From an uncultured delta proteobacterium (GTDB lineage: Bacteria; Desulfobacterota; Binatia; UBA9968), in assembly GCA_963847445.1 (NCBI GenBank), contig CAWJZV010000009.1, positions 32,001 through 96,000 of the forward strand: a stretch of DNA of 64,000 nucleotides. Reading direction: 5' to 3'. The position numbers and the translations under genes are program-made. Under the pieces are notes generated by a model. That model was not told the origin of the DNA and did no database searches. It worked only from the letters and a program-made list of their open reading frames with translations. Positions 31,484-42,191 of the stretch are shown here, piece after piece (the stretch's first letter is position 1; each line of letters starts with the position of its first letter).

Positions 31484-34414
31484 TTATTTCTTCCCCAGCT
31501 CCGGCGGCACGAAGCCATGGCGCAAAGTATTTTCCGAGATCGTCCGCGGTTCGACAAACTGCAAGAGGTAATCCGGGCCGCCGGCTTTGGAGCCGATGCC
31601 GGAGAGTTTCAAACCACCGAAGGGTTGCCGTTCAACCACGGCGCCGGTGATGCCGCGATTGATGTAGAGATTGCCGACGCGAAACTCTTTGCGCGCTTGC
31701 TCGATGTGCGCCGGCGAGCGCGAAAAGATACCGCCGGTCAGGGCAAATTGCGAGTCGTTGGCGATGGCCAGCGCCTGGGCGAAATTTTTCGCCTTGATGA
31801 CCGCCAGCACCGGGCCGAAAATTTCTTCCTGGGCGATGCGGCTGCGCGGATCGACGTCACGAAAGATCGCCGGACCGACGAAGTAGCCGTCCTTGGGCGC
31901 GGCCATTTCGAGTACGCACTTCGCTTCTTGCTTGCCGATCTCGATGTATTCGGCGATGCGCCGTTGCGCCGCGCCATCGATCACCGGTCCAAGCGAATTG
32001 CGCGGATCTTCGGGCGCGCCGATCTTGAGGCTCTGCACCGCGTCGACCAGCCGCGCCAAAAAGCGCTCGTGTATTTCTTCTAGTAGAATCAGCCGCGACG
32101 CGGCGGAGCATTTTTGCCCCTGATAACCGAAGGCGGAATCGATAACATGCCCCACCGCTTCGTCGAGGTCGGCGTCACTATCGACAATGACGGCGTTCTT
32201 GCCGCCCATCTCGCAGACGACGCGCTTCACATGGGCTTGCCCCGGCCGCTGCGTGTAAGCGTCGCGAAGAATTTCCAAACCGACTTCGCGCGAGCCGGTA
32301 AAGGCGATTAGATGAATCCTCGCCGAGTGCACTAAATGCGCGCCGATCTCGCCGCCGCCCTGGAGCAACTGGCAAGCGCCATCGGGCACGCCGGCGTTGA
32401 ACAGAATATCGGACAACTGCACCGCCATCAGCGGCGACTGTTCGGCGGGCTTCATCAGCACGCAGTTTCCGCTGACCAGTGCCGCCGCCGTCATACCGGC
32501 GAGAATCGCCAGAGGAAAATTCCACGGCGCGATCACCGCGGCGATGCCGCGTGGCTCGTAAAAATAAGTATTGGTTTCGCTGGGCAGCTGCTGGGTCTCG
32601 CGCGGTTGGGCGAGACGCAACATCTCGCAAGCATAATAATCGAGATAATCGATCGCTTCGCAGACATCGGCGTCGGCCTCCCGCCAGCCCTTGCCGACTT
32701 CGATAATCTCCCTTGCGGCGAGCTCCCAACGCTGCTCGCGCATGAGCTCCGCCGCGCGGAAAAGCATCTCGGCGCGCTTGCGCGCCGGCGTGTCGCGCCA
32801 CTCGGGGAAAAAGCGCTCGGCTTTATCGATCGCCTTGTCCGCTTCCGCGATTGTGGTTTTGCGCACCCAGCGAATGATTTCGTCGGCATTGGCGGGATTC
32901 ACCGACTTGAGCCAGATCTCCTCGTCGCGCTCGCGCTGTTTTCTCATTTCGCCGCGCACTTCGCCGAGCGCGGCGGCAAAGCGCTCTTGATTCTCCTCGG
33001 AGGAAAAATCGATTGGCGCTTGGTTACGAAATTCCCTTCGTGCCGCGGCATAGTCCAATAGATGCGTCACCGGCGTTGCCGGTACGGGTGCTTTGATCAA
33101 ACTTTCAACCGCTTTTTTCTCGGCGTAGGTTTGACGCAAAAAAGAAGTGTTCGAGGTGTTCTCCATCAAGCGCCGAATCAGATAAGAAATGCCCGGCAGC
33201 AACTCGCCCACCGGCAGATAGACGCGCACGCGCTGGCCATTCTGCACGATCGCCTGGCGCACCGGCTCGGCCATGCCGTAGAGCATCTGCACCTCGTAAC
33301 CGTTGGCCGGCACGCCGATCTCTTGCGCCGCGACGATGGCGTGGGCCAGGCTGCGCAGATTGTGACTGCCGAAGGCGGCGTCGATCACGTCATGGCCTTC
33401 GAGCAGCAAACGGCTCAGCCGTTCGTAGTTGGCGTCAGTTGCAGCCTTGTCCAAAAAAACTGGAATCGGCCAATTCTTTTGCTTCGCCCAAGCGATCTCA
33501 CTGTCCCAATAGGCGCCTTTGACGAGGCGCACTCCGACGCGGCGCTCTTGGCCACGTGCCCAGCGAATCAAGTCGCTGACATCCTTTTCGGCATCTTTAA
33601 GATACGCTTGGAGCGCGATCGCCGCATAGGGCTGCTCATGAAACTCGTCCTCTTCGAGCACGGCGCAAAAAATCGCCAGGGTTAGTTCGCGAAAAGCATA
33701 TTGCTCCATGTCGACCGTCACTGCGGCGTCCAAGCGAGCCGCTTCGCGAAACAGCTCGCGCAAGCGCGCGCTGACGATGGCGTCGGTATTCGGATCGAGC
33801 GGGTCGAAGCGCGCGCATAAGGATGACAGCTTTACCGAAAGATTGACCTGGGGGATTTTGCCGTTCGGCGATTGATCGATCTGCGCGCACTCGGACCACT
33901 TGGCTCTCGCCGTCACAAGCCGGCGCATGAGCTCGAGATAGCGCTGTTGCATCGCCGCCGCTTCGCCGTCGCTTACCGTCGCCTCGCCGACGACATCGAT
34001 GGTAAACGCGGCGGGCTCCTTGCGCAGACTCGACAGCACCGAGGTCAAATGATTGCCGCTTTCCTCGGCGATGAAGCGGCGCGCGAGCTGGATGACGTTG
34101 CGCCGGACGATGGGCGCAACGAGAGTACCGGCGTGCAGCGCCTGGGCGAGAATCGCCAAGCCGCTCAGCGCATGATCGACCCGGGAAAAGTATTCTTCGA
34201 GATGGCGGCCGATCTCGGAAGATGATTCCAGACTCGGCAGCACGTCGACGAAGCGAAACAGCGCCACCCGCAAAGACTCATCGTCCAACGACCAGTCGAT
34301 CATCCGGCCGAGCAAATCCTGGGCGTCAAACAGCGCTGGCTTCTGCCGCGCCGCTTTCTGGTATAGCTCCCGCGCCAGCCGTTGGACTTCTTGCTCGGAG
34401 GTTACGTTCGCCAT
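31484..34414 (-). CDS. putA: bifunctional proline dehydrogenase / P5C dehydrogenase
   Basis: LFRFVDVLP, RLVKGAYWD, SHNLRS, YLIRRLMENTSN, PWNFP, FTGS, EMGGKN, GQKCSA, EEIFGP. Confidence 0.95.
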   Translation of the reverse strand: MANVTSEQEVQRLARELYQKAARQKPALFDAQDLLGRMIDWSLDDESLRVALFRFVDVLPSLESSSEIGRHLEEYFSRVDHALSGLAILAQALHAGTLVAPIVRRNVIQLARRFIAEESGNHLTSVLSSLRKEPAAFTIDVVGEATVSDGEAAAMQQRYLELMRRLVTARAKWSECAQIDQSPNGKIPQVNLSVKLSSLCARFDPLDPNTDAIVSARLRELFREAARLDAAVTVDMEQYAFRELTLAIFCAVLEEDEFHEQPYAAIALQAYLKDAEKDVSDLIRWARGQERRVGVRLVKGAYWDSEIAWAKQKNWPIPVFLDKAATDANYERLSRLLLEGHDVIDAAFGSHNLRSLAHAIVAAQEIGVPANGYEVQMLYGMAEPVRQAIVQNGQRVRVYLPVGELLPGISYLIRRLMENTSNTSFLRQTYAEKKAVESLIKAPVPATPVTHLLDYAAARREFRNQAPIDFSSEENQERFAAALGEVRGEMRKQRERDEEIWLKSVNPANADEIIRWVRKTTIAEADKAIDKAERFFPEWRDTPARKRAEMLFRAAELMREQRWELAAREIIEVGKGWREADADVCEAIDYLDYYACEMLRLAQPRETQQLPSETNTYFYEPRGIAAVIAPWNFPLAILAGMTAAALVSGNCVLMKPAEQSPLMAVQLSDILFNAGVPDGACQLLQGGGEIGAHLVHSARIHLIAFTGSREVGLEILRDAYTQRPGQAHVKRVVCEMGGKNAVIVDSDADLDEAVGHVIDSAFGYQGQKCSAASRLILLEEIHERFLARLVDAVQSLKIGAPEDPRNSLGPVIDGAAQRRIAEYIEIGKQEAKCVLEMAAPKDGYFVGPAIFRDVDPRSRIAQEEIFGPVLAVIKAKNFAQALAIANDSQFALTGGIFSRSPAHIEQARKEFRVGNLYINRGITGAVVERQPFGGLKLSGIGSKAGGPDYLLQFVEPRTISENTLRHGFVPPELGKK

Positions 34415-34562
34415 GGTCTCGTCCGGAACTCTATCATAAACCTGCCGCGCTGCGGCGGAAAACCGATTGTGACCGGCGCGCGAGCCTGTTACCTTTGGCG
34501 TTAGCTAGGATTTTGGGGTTCAGACTTTTGTCTGGAGCATGTGTCGCGTTCAGTTTGTTTTG

Positions 34563-34716
34563 TTTACCACGAAGGACACGAAGATCACGAAGTTCGGAGT
34601 TCAAATGTCCGAAACCTTCGTGTCCTCCGAACTATTATGCCTCGAAATTTACACGGCTTGCGCATTTTTCCGGTAACGGAATACTAACATGGGTGACTCT
34701 CGCACTTCGTGGTGAA
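34563..34716. repeat. inverted 9-mer array element (cacgaagga / cttcgtg)
   Basis: accacgaaggacacgaagatcacgaag ... cttcgtgtcc ... cttcgtggt between divergent genes. Confidence 0.7.
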
Positions 34717-34754
34717 AACATCTTCACAGTAAACCCGGAAGAAGCGGATTTTCC

Positions 34755-36447
34755 ATGGATCCAACTACCGACACAATCACCGGCGCTGAAGCCGCGGTGG
34801 AAATGCTCAGGCTGCACGGCGTCGAATTTATTTTCGGCCTGTGCGGCGACACCAGTTTGCCGTTCTACGACGCCTTGGCGCGCCTGCCCCACGGCATGCG
34901 CCATATTCTCGCCCGCGACGAGCGCTCCGCCGCTTACATGGCCGACGGCTACGCGCGCGTGTCGGGCAAAGTCGGCGTGTGCGAAGGACCGAGCGGCGGC
35001 GGCGTCACTTATATCTTGCCCGGCTTGGCGGAAGCCAACGAATCTTCCGTGCCGCTCTTGGGCATCAATAGCGACATCTCGGTCGGCGCGCGCGGTCACT
35101 ACACGCTGACCGAACTGGATCAGGGCGCGCTCATGCGGCCGGTGACCAAATGGAACACCGTGGTCGATGGCGCCGAAGATCTGCCCCAAGCATTTCGCCA
35201 AGCATTCAAGCAAATCACTATCGGCGCGGCCCGGCGCGGCCCATATCGCTCTGCCCTTCGACGTGCAGAATGGCTTAGTCGCTCGTTCGGAAGTTTACGG
35301 CGATGCGAGTTTCGGCAGTTGTCCGGCGGAACGGATCGCGCCCGCGGCAAACTCGGTGGAAGCCGCCGCGCGGTTGCTAACTCAAGCGCGCAATCCGGTG
35401 TTTATCTGCGGCGGCGGAGTCGTGATCTCGCAAGCCGAGCCCGAGCTTGTCGAACTCGCCGAGCGGCTCTCGGCGCCGGTGGCGACGACCATCAGCGGCA
35501 AATGCTCGATTGACGAACAGCATGGGCTCGCCGTCGGCGTGGTCGGATCCAACGGCGGCACGCCTGAGACACGCGCGATCGTCGATCAAGCCGATCTGAT
35601 CATTTTCGTGGGCTGCCGCGCCGGCTCGGTGACCACTGAACGTTGGCGCCATCCAGCCAAGGGAAGCACCAAAGTCATTCATCTCGATGTCGATGTCGCG
35701 GTTCCCGGCACCAATTATCCGACAGACGCGGCGTTGGTCGGCGATGCCAAGCTTGGGCTAAAAATGTTGAATGAAGCGCTGGCGGCCACCCGCCGGCCGC
35801 TCGATGCCGCGCGAGTGGAAGCAGCGAAAGAACAGAAGTTCGCAAAGTTCCAAGCGCTCGCTGAGTCGAACGAAACACCGATCAAGCCCGAACGCGTGGT
35901 CGCCGAACTGACGCGCGCGCTCGAACCCGACGCCATCGTCGTCGCCGATGCCGGCACCCCATGTCCGTATTTCTCCGCCTACTATCCGGTGCGAGGCAAC
36001 GGGCGGAAATTTTTTTCCAACCGCGCCCACGGCGCCCTCGGTTACTCGATGGCGGCCGCCATGGGCGCGCACTTCGCGCAGCCGAAAGTGAAATGCGTTG
36101 CGGTCATGGGTGACGGCAGTTTCGGCTTTACCTGCGGCGAGCTGGAGACCGCCGCGCGCTACCGGCTGCCGGTGACATTTATCGTGATTGCCAATGCAAG
36201 CTACGGCTGGATCAAGGCGGGACAACGCTCGGGTTACGGCCAACGTTACTTCGCGGTCGACTTCGCCGTCACCGATCACGCCGCCGTCGCCGCCGCCTTC
36301 GGCGTCAAAAGCTGGCGCGTCACCGAACCGAGTGAATTGGCGAAGACACTGAAAGAAGCGTTAGCACATGACGGACCGAGTCTTGTAGATATCGTCTGTC
36401 AGCCGCTGCACGAAGCCAAGGCGCCGGTGTCGGAATGGATCGCGTGA
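34755..36447 (+). CDS. thiamine-pyrophosphate-dependent enzyme (acetolactate synthase-like), frameshift near 35225
   Basis: RDERSAAYMADGYAR in 34755..35513; PGAAHIALPFDV and GDGSFG...N in 35167..36447. Confidence 0.85.
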
Positions 36448-36454
36448 AGAGATG

Positions 36455-36605
36455 GCGCAAAGAACGCAAAGTACGCAAAAAACTGGAGTAGCTTCGTAGG
36501 GGCAACCCGATGTGGTTGCCTTTCCGAGCGCAGCCCTTTGGCGGCAACGTTCCAAGGATTCGGAAGTTTCTGTTTCCTTACTTGTGACCTTTGCGTTCTT
36601 TCGGC
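36455..36605. repeat. inverted 9-mer array (acgcaaag) enclosing a GTAG REP-like palindrome
   Basis: gcgcaaagaacgcaaagtacgcaaa ... ctttgcgttctttc; GTAGGGGCAACCCGATGTGGTTGCCT at 36496-36521. Confidence 0.7.
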
Positions 36606-36614
36606 TCAAACTTC

Positions 36615-37082
36615 CTAATTCTTCAGCCGCACTCTCGTTCCCAGATTCGCGCAGTCCTCATCGGTCATCAGGCCGGCAGCGCGAATGCCATGGGCGGCGA
36701 GTTCTTCGTCGCGCTCCTGGGTGTCGCCGGTGACGCCGACGGCACCGATGACATCTCCCGCTTGATCTCGGATCAACATGCCGCCGCCCTCGGCAAAAAT
36801 CTGATCGTCCGAGGCGCGCATGAGATACTGCATGAACAGCGGACGCTCTTCGGTGCGCATGCGCACCAGCGATGACGAGCGCCCAAGCGCCAGCGCCGCG
36901 TACGCTTTGCCGTAGGCCATCTCGAAACGCATCATCGCCGAGTCGTCTTCTTTCTGAAATGCTTTGACCTTGGCGCCGGGCTCGACGACGATCACACTCA
37001 TCGGCCGGCAAGCCAGCTCACGGCCGCGCGCGAAGATCGCTTCGATGATGCGATTGGCTTGCGCCAACGTGATCATGCTCAT
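36615..37082 (-). CDS. GlcG/HbpS family heme-binding protein
   Basis: AYGKAYAA, GGGMLI, IGAVGVTG, DEELA. Confidence 0.85.
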   Translation of the reverse strand: MSMITLAQANRIIEAIFARGRELACRPMSVIVVEPGAKVKAFQKEDDSAMMRFEMAYGKAYAALALGRSSSLVRMRTEERPLFMQYLMRASDDQIFAEGGGMLIRDQAGDVIGAVGVTGDTQERDEELAAHGIRAAGLMTDEDCANLGTRVRLKN

Positions 37083-37126
37083 AGGACCTCCTCTGCGATC
37101 TTGGTGCAGTTGTCAACGAAATCGTC

Positions 37127-37148
37127 AGGGCGACCGGCGGTCGCCCTT
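37127..37148. repeat. REP-like palindrome
   Basis: agggcgaccggcggtcgccctt, same core as 2005-2025. Confidence 0.7.
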
Positions 37149-37176
37149 CCCAGGTTAAGCGGCAAGAATTAACCAC

Positions 37177-38031
37177 TCAGCGAAACAGCACCGCCGCCAG
37201 CTCCGAACGATACCGGTCGGTCAATGGATCGTCCGAGCCCAGCACTTCGAAGATTTGGATCATCGCCTTGCGCGCGCCGTCGTCTTTGAACTTGCGGTCG
37301 GCCTTGACGACTTGGAGAAACTCGCTGAGCGCTTCGTCGTACTTCTCGACGCCGGCCAGCGTCTGTGCGAGATCGAAACGCGCCTCGATATTGTTCGGGT
37401 CCGCGGCGATTTTTTCCCTAAGAGCAGCCTCATTTTGCGCGCCGCCGGCCTGAAGATTGAGGCGAGCGATCATGCGCTCGGCTTCTTTGCGCTCGTCTGC
37501 GACGATCGAAATTCTGTCGAGAAATTCCAGCGCCGCGGCGTTATCGCCGCCGTTCATGGCCATGCGAGCCATGCCCAACAGCGCCTGGCCATGATTGGCA
37601 TCGGCGGCCAAGATCGCTTCATAGGCGGCTTTGGCTTCAGCAAGCTTGCCTTCGGCTTCCAGCGCCACGGCGGCCTGCGCTTCCTTGTCGTTCGCCGTGG
37701 GTAAATACTTGGTGAGAAACTCGCGCAGCATCGGCTCGGGCAAGGCACCGGTGAACTCCGAGGCCAGCTCGCCGTCGCGAAATAGTTTCACCGCGGGAAT
37801 TCCCTGGATGCCGAACATGCCCGCCAGGTTGGGGTTTTCGTCGACATTGAGTTTAGCCAGAACAAAGCCGCCGGCGTATTCGTCGGCCAACTTTTCTAGT
37901 ACCGGCCCCAGGGCTTTGCACGGGCCGCACCACTCGGCCCAGAAGTCGACCAACACCGGCACTTCGCTCGAGCGCTCCAGCACCGCCGCCTCAAAAGTTT
38001 CCTCGTTAACGTCGATGGTCCATTGACTCAT
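37177..38031 (-). CDS. cnoX: chaperedoxin CnoX/YbbN (thioredoxin + TPR)
   Basis: WAEWCGPC followed by TPR helices ending DPLTDRYRSELAAVLF. Confidence 0.85.
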   Translation of the reverse strand: MSQWTIDVNEETFEAAVLERSSEVPVLVDFWAEWCGPCKALGPVLEKLADEYAGGFVLAKLNVDENPNLAGMFGIQGIPAVKLFRDGELASEFTGALPEPMLREFLTKYLPTANDKEAQAAVALEAEGKLAEAKAAYEAILAADANHGQALLGMARMAMNGGDNAAALEFLDRISIVADERKEAERMIARLNLQAGGAQNEAALREKIAADPNNIEARFDLAQTLAGVEKYDEALSEFLQVVKADRKFKDDGARKAMIQIFEVLGSDDPLTDRYRSELAAVLFR

Positions 38032-38093
38032 AATTTTGTCGCTTCACTCGAACGTTTGAACTATTTGAACGGTTGAACAGTTTGGAACCCGAA

Positions 38094-38339
38094 CTATTTG
38101 GCGATGATCGCCTTGGCGAAGTTGCGCACCTTGGCCGCCGCTGGGCGCATCGCGTAAACCACCGCTTCGGTGATCTCGTCCTCCGACGCGCCGCACTCGC
38201 GAGCTCTTTTCAAATGCAGCGTGGCGCCCTCTTCGTGGCCGATCGAGATACAGACCGCGAAGAAAATCAGCTGCGCGGTTTTCGCATCGAGCGAACCTTC
38301 TTTGTACTTCACGTTGAAAAATTCTTTATCGATGGTCAT
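38094..38339 (-). CDS. carboxymuconolactone decarboxylase (CMD/AhpD-like) small protein
   Basis: LDAKTAQLI...LHLKRARECGASEDEITEA; AAGGAG ribosome-binding site. Confidence 0.8.
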   Translation of the reverse strand: MTIDKEFFNVKYKEGSLDAKTAQLIFFAVCISIGHEEGATLHLKRARECGASEDEITEAVVYAMRPAAAKVRNFAKAIIAK

Positions 38340-38387
38340 GTTTTCTCCTTATATTTTCCAGCCAATCAGTTTAAACGAAACCAAGGG

Positions 38388-38413
38388 AGGTCGGGTTTCA
38401 AACCCAACCCTAT
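38388..38413 (-). repeat. REP-like palindrome
   Basis: Minus strand ATAGGGTTGGGTTTGAAACCCGACCT. Confidence 0.5.
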
Positions 38414-38514
38414 GAACGCCCATTCTCTTTTGAGTGTTTTGCGCGACGCAGTTCCTTCGCATGCGCTCAGGACAGGCTTTGCGGCAAATTTCTTATGTTA
38501 ATTTCCGCACGCCC

Positions 38515-39006
38515 CTACTTCTTGAACGCCGTCGGATCGAACGCCGCACCGTTGAGCGTGTATTCGCTTTTGACTGCGGTCGGCTTGCGGATCGTCTGGA
38601 TCACATAGCAGCCTGACTCGGCGTTGCGAAGGACCTTGGCGATTTTTTCCGCCGGCTCCGTGGACGTGATCTCGCAGCGCGTCTGGACTCCCAAACCCTC
38701 CGCTTGCACGGTCTCGCGCAGTACCGAGCCTTCGTTCTTGAATCGTGCCGTGACAAACACTTTAGCCTTATCGATGTGAGTCTTGAGCATTTCCCCGTAC
38801 CGGGAAATTTGCGTCAGCAGTCAAAACCCGACCGAAAGTCCGAAGTAGGCGAGCGGCGGTGGCGCAGTATTGTCGCCGCCGATCCGCTCTCCTTCATCGC
38901 AGAAAACCGTAAAGCCGCGCGCGTGTCCCTCCTTGCGCATGCGCTCCAAGGTCTCGGCGTCGGCTTCCAGCACGATCTCACGCTTGATTTGTAGATCTTC
39001 AGCCAT
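38515..39006 (-). CDS. OsmC/Ohr family protein, probable selenoprotein (in-frame UGA at 38821-38823)
   Basis: ORFs 38821..39006 and 38515..38790 are in one frame: ...DEGERIGGDNTAPPPLAYFGLSVGF-UGA-LLTQISRYGEM...AESGCYV; UGA occupies the first catalytic Cys position. Confidence 0.8.
38788..38820 (-). promoter_or_regulatory. putative bacterial SECIS hairpin
   Basis: After UGA: CUGCUGACGCAAA-UUUCCCG-GUA-CGGGGAA; the loop starts with G, 20 nt after UGA. Confidence 0.6.
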
Positions 39007-39077
39007 GATTCCCTCGATGTTTCAATATTTCAGTCGGGATTTAATATATGCGCAATCCGGCCAGGTTGCCAACTTAT

Positions 39078-40152
39078 CTACGGCTCTTTTTGCTCGGCGC
39101 TGGCGTACTCTTCGAAATAGAGATCGAGCAGCGCGCGCAGCAGCGCGAAGATCGCCGGTCCGAGCACGATGCCGACTGGGCCGAACAACGCAATGCCGCC
39201 CAGGATGCCGAAGAAAAGAAACAGCACGGGCAGACCCAAGCGATTGCCGATCAGTAAAGGTTTAAGGACGTTGTCAATGGTTCCGACCACGCCCAAGCAC
39301 CAGGCGAGCAAAATGATGCCGCGAATGGTTTCACCCTGAAGAAACAGGTAAATCGAAACCGGGATGGAAACGAGCGTCGAGCCGCCCACGGGCAAGAGCG
39401 CGACAAACGCCGTGACCACGCCCCATACCGCCGCAAACGGCACGCCCAAGATCCAGAAGGCGAGTCCGGCGAGCAGGCCTTGTACCATGGCCACGACCAA
39501 CGAGCCGTGGATGACGGCGAGCACGGCATCGACGATGTTTTTGAGCAACCTTGTTGATGCTCCTGGTCCATCGGCAGCAGCCGCCGGATCTTGTGCAAGA
39601 ACTGCGGGCCGTCGCGCAGCAGAAAAAAGAGCGTGAACAGCGCGATGACAAAGTTCACGGTGAACAACAGCACGTTCTGCGCCACGCCCGTGACCTTTGA
39701 AACCAGAAAGGCCGACGATGCCTGCGCGCCCTGAACCAATCCCTCTTTCCAATTGATCTTGAAATCAATCAAGCTAAACGAGACCATATTCCACCAACCC
39801 ACGAGCTGTTGTACCCAGGGTTTGGCGCAGCCACTCTTGTTTGCCCGTCGTCGCTCAGGAGCGTGCGCACGGACTGAACCAGCGAGGCAGCTTCGTCGGA
39901 AAGAAACCAGGCGAGTTCGAATCCCGGTACGATCACCAGCAAGGTAATAAAAATCATGACGACGATCGCGGCCAGCGTCGCCCGCCCGCGCAGGAGTTGC
40001 AGCAGCCAAGCGTAGAGCGGATAGACCAGGATCGCCAAGATCACCGCCCAGGTGATCGCCGTGATAAACGGACTGATGATCAGATACGCGCCATAGAGAA
40101 TCAGCAGCAGCAAGGCAAAGAAAAAAGCGGTCACGAGCCAGGTTCGGTTCAC
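39078..40152 (-). CDS. AI-2E family transporter (two frameshifts)
   Basis: Pieces 39769..40152, 39251..40207 and 39078..39752 join into a PerM-like protein: LFFLLRDG, AMVQG, DNVLKPLLIG, FGPVGIVLGP. Confidence 0.85.
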
Positions 40153-40265
40153 CGGTGCGCCTCCATTTCAACCCATCAACTGTACGTAGGAGAGGCCGGA
40201 GCTGCAAGGTTGCCGGCCGCCGGCAACAGGTTTGATCTTTTATTTTTCCGGCAAATCTGCTTTAC

Positions 40266-41191
40266 ATGGCGGCGATGGCACCAGGACGAAACGATTTTCG
40301 CGTGCGCTTTTGGGGTGTGCGCGGCAGCTATCCGACCACCGGTCCGGGCACGCGAGACATCGGCGGCGACACAGCTTGTGTCGAAGTCAACGTCGGCGGC
40401 CAGCGACTGATCTTTGACGCCGGCACGGGGATCATTCCGCTCGGCAAAGAAATCTGCCGGCGCGCCGCGACCGCGCCCCTTGCCTATGTGTTCTTGAGCC
40501 ATACCCATATCGATCACTTGCTAGGGCTGTATTTTTTTGCCCCGCTGTTGACCGCCGGGGCGCGCTCGTTCATTTACGGGCCGGGCCGGTCGAACGGTGC
40601 GTTGTGGCGCACGCTGCAACAGCTAACCCACAGCAATCTGTTTCCGGTTACTTTCGACGAGCTCAAGGGCAAAACCGAAGTCCACTCGCTGGCCGGCGGA
40701 GAAGTCATGCGCTTCAGCGCGCCCGGTGCGCGGCTGACGCTGCGAAAGCCGCCACCACGCGGCGCAATGACGATGGGCAACAACTATCGATCACGACGCA
40801 TAAGAGCTCGGCGCATCCGCGCGACGGCGTCTTGCTCTACCGCGTCGAGTACCATGGTAAAGCGCTCGTCTACGCCACCGATGTCGAAGAGCAGCCGGGC
40901 GGCTACGCCGATGTCATCGAGTTTGCCCGCGGCGCCGACTTGCTGATTCATGACGCGCAGTATTTGCACGGCGAATACCATTCTAAATCGAAGTCGAAAA
41001 AGGGCTGGGGCCACAGCACCGTGGAGATGGCGGCGGCAGTCGCCGCCAAAGCGCAGGTAAAAAAACTCGTGCTGTTTCATCATGAACCGCAGCATGACGA
41101 CCGGGCCATGCGGCGCATCGAACGGCTTGGCAAAAAATTGTTCGCGGAATCTATAGTGGCTTACCAAGGATTGGAGTTGACGCTGCCGTGA
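40266..41191 (+). CDS. metallo-beta-lactamase-fold hydrolase (putative phosphodiesterase), frameshift near 40760
   Basis: FWGVRGSYPT, GGDTACVEV, DAGTG, SHTHIDH, YATDVE, HDAQY, GWGHS, LFHHEP. Confidence 0.85.
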
Positions 41192-42183
41192 AACGCCCGA
41201 CGAAATCACGCTGGCCAAGAACAGGGCAGCTCTTTGCGCTGCTTTTTCTCCTGAGCGCTGCCGCACAGGCCCAATCCCAGAGCAAAAACCGCATCGGTGT
41301 CTTGCTGCCGGAGCTCGGCCGGGCCCAGTCCCAGTCCGTCAAAGGCTTGCACGAGGAGCTCACACGCTTAGGGTATATCGAACACAAGAACCTCACCGTC
41401 GAAACCCGCAATGCCAAAGGCGACCGCGGCGCGCTGCGTCCCGCCGCCGACGACTTGGTGGCGCGCAAAGTCGCGGTGATTTTCACCACCGGCACCCGCG
41501 CGACCATGGCGGCGGCTGGCGCCAGCGCCGAGATTCCCGTCGTCTTCGTCCATCCCGGCGATCCGGTGGCGGCGACAATGGTAAAAAACCTGAACGAGCC
41601 GGCGCAGAATCTCACCGGCATCGCCGGCTTCGCCGTGGAAAAAACCGAGAAACGCTTGGAGTTATTGAAAGAACTGATCCCCGAGCTCCGCGAAGTGCAT
41701 ATTTTTTTCGACAGCAACAATAATTTTTCCCGCGACAACTTCGCCTTGGCCCAGGCCGCGGCGAAAAAGCTCGGTCTGCCGGTGGTCGCACATGGCGTCA
41801 AAGCCGCCGACGAGTTGAAGACTACTCTGAGCAGCATGCGCATCGCGCCGGGCGCCGCGCTGTTTCACGTGCCCGACGATTTGGTCGAGGGCGAGGCGGA
41901 ATTCATCTTCACCACCGCGCGGCAGAAAAAGTTGCCGAGCATGTTCAACGAAGAATCCTGGGCGATCCAGGGCGCCACCGCGGCCTACGGCCCAAGTTAT
42001 CTTGACATGGGGCGGCGCGCCGGCGCTCTCATCGGGCGCATCTTGAAGAACCCGAAAACCGCGCTGCCGGCTGTCCAACGCGCCGACAAATTCGATTTCA
42101 TCGTCAACTACCGGACCGCAAACTTTATGGGCTTGAAGATAGCGCCGGCGGTACTGAAGAAAGCCGACAAGGTCATCCGCTAA
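41188..42183 (+). CDS. orphan ABC-type substrate-binding protein (COG2984/TrpX-like)
   Basis: Signal peptide, LGYIEHKNL, KRLELLKEL, ADKVIR; no permease or ATPase nearby. Confidence 0.85.
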   Translation: MKRPTKSRWPRTGQLFALLFLLSAAAQAQSQSKNRIGVLLPELGRAQSQSVKGLHEELTRLGYIEHKNLTVETRNAKGDRGALRPAADDLVARKVAVIFTTGTRATMAAAGASAEIPVVFVHPGDPVAATMVKNLNEPAQNLTGIAGFAVEKTEKRLELLKELIPELREVHIFFDSNNNFSRDNFALAQAAAKKLGLPVVAHGVKAADELKTTLSSMRIAPGAALFHVPDDLVEGEAEFIFTTARQKKLPSMFNEESWAIQGATAAYGPSYLDMGRRAGALIGRILKNPKTALPAVQRADKFDFIVNYRTANFMGLKIAPAVLKKADKVIR

Positions 42184-42191
42184 CCCAGACC

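Noticed and set aside
31441-38096. Short periodic repeats as a CRISPR array
   Set aside because: Units are 7-9 nt and degenerate, with no unique spacers and no cas genes.
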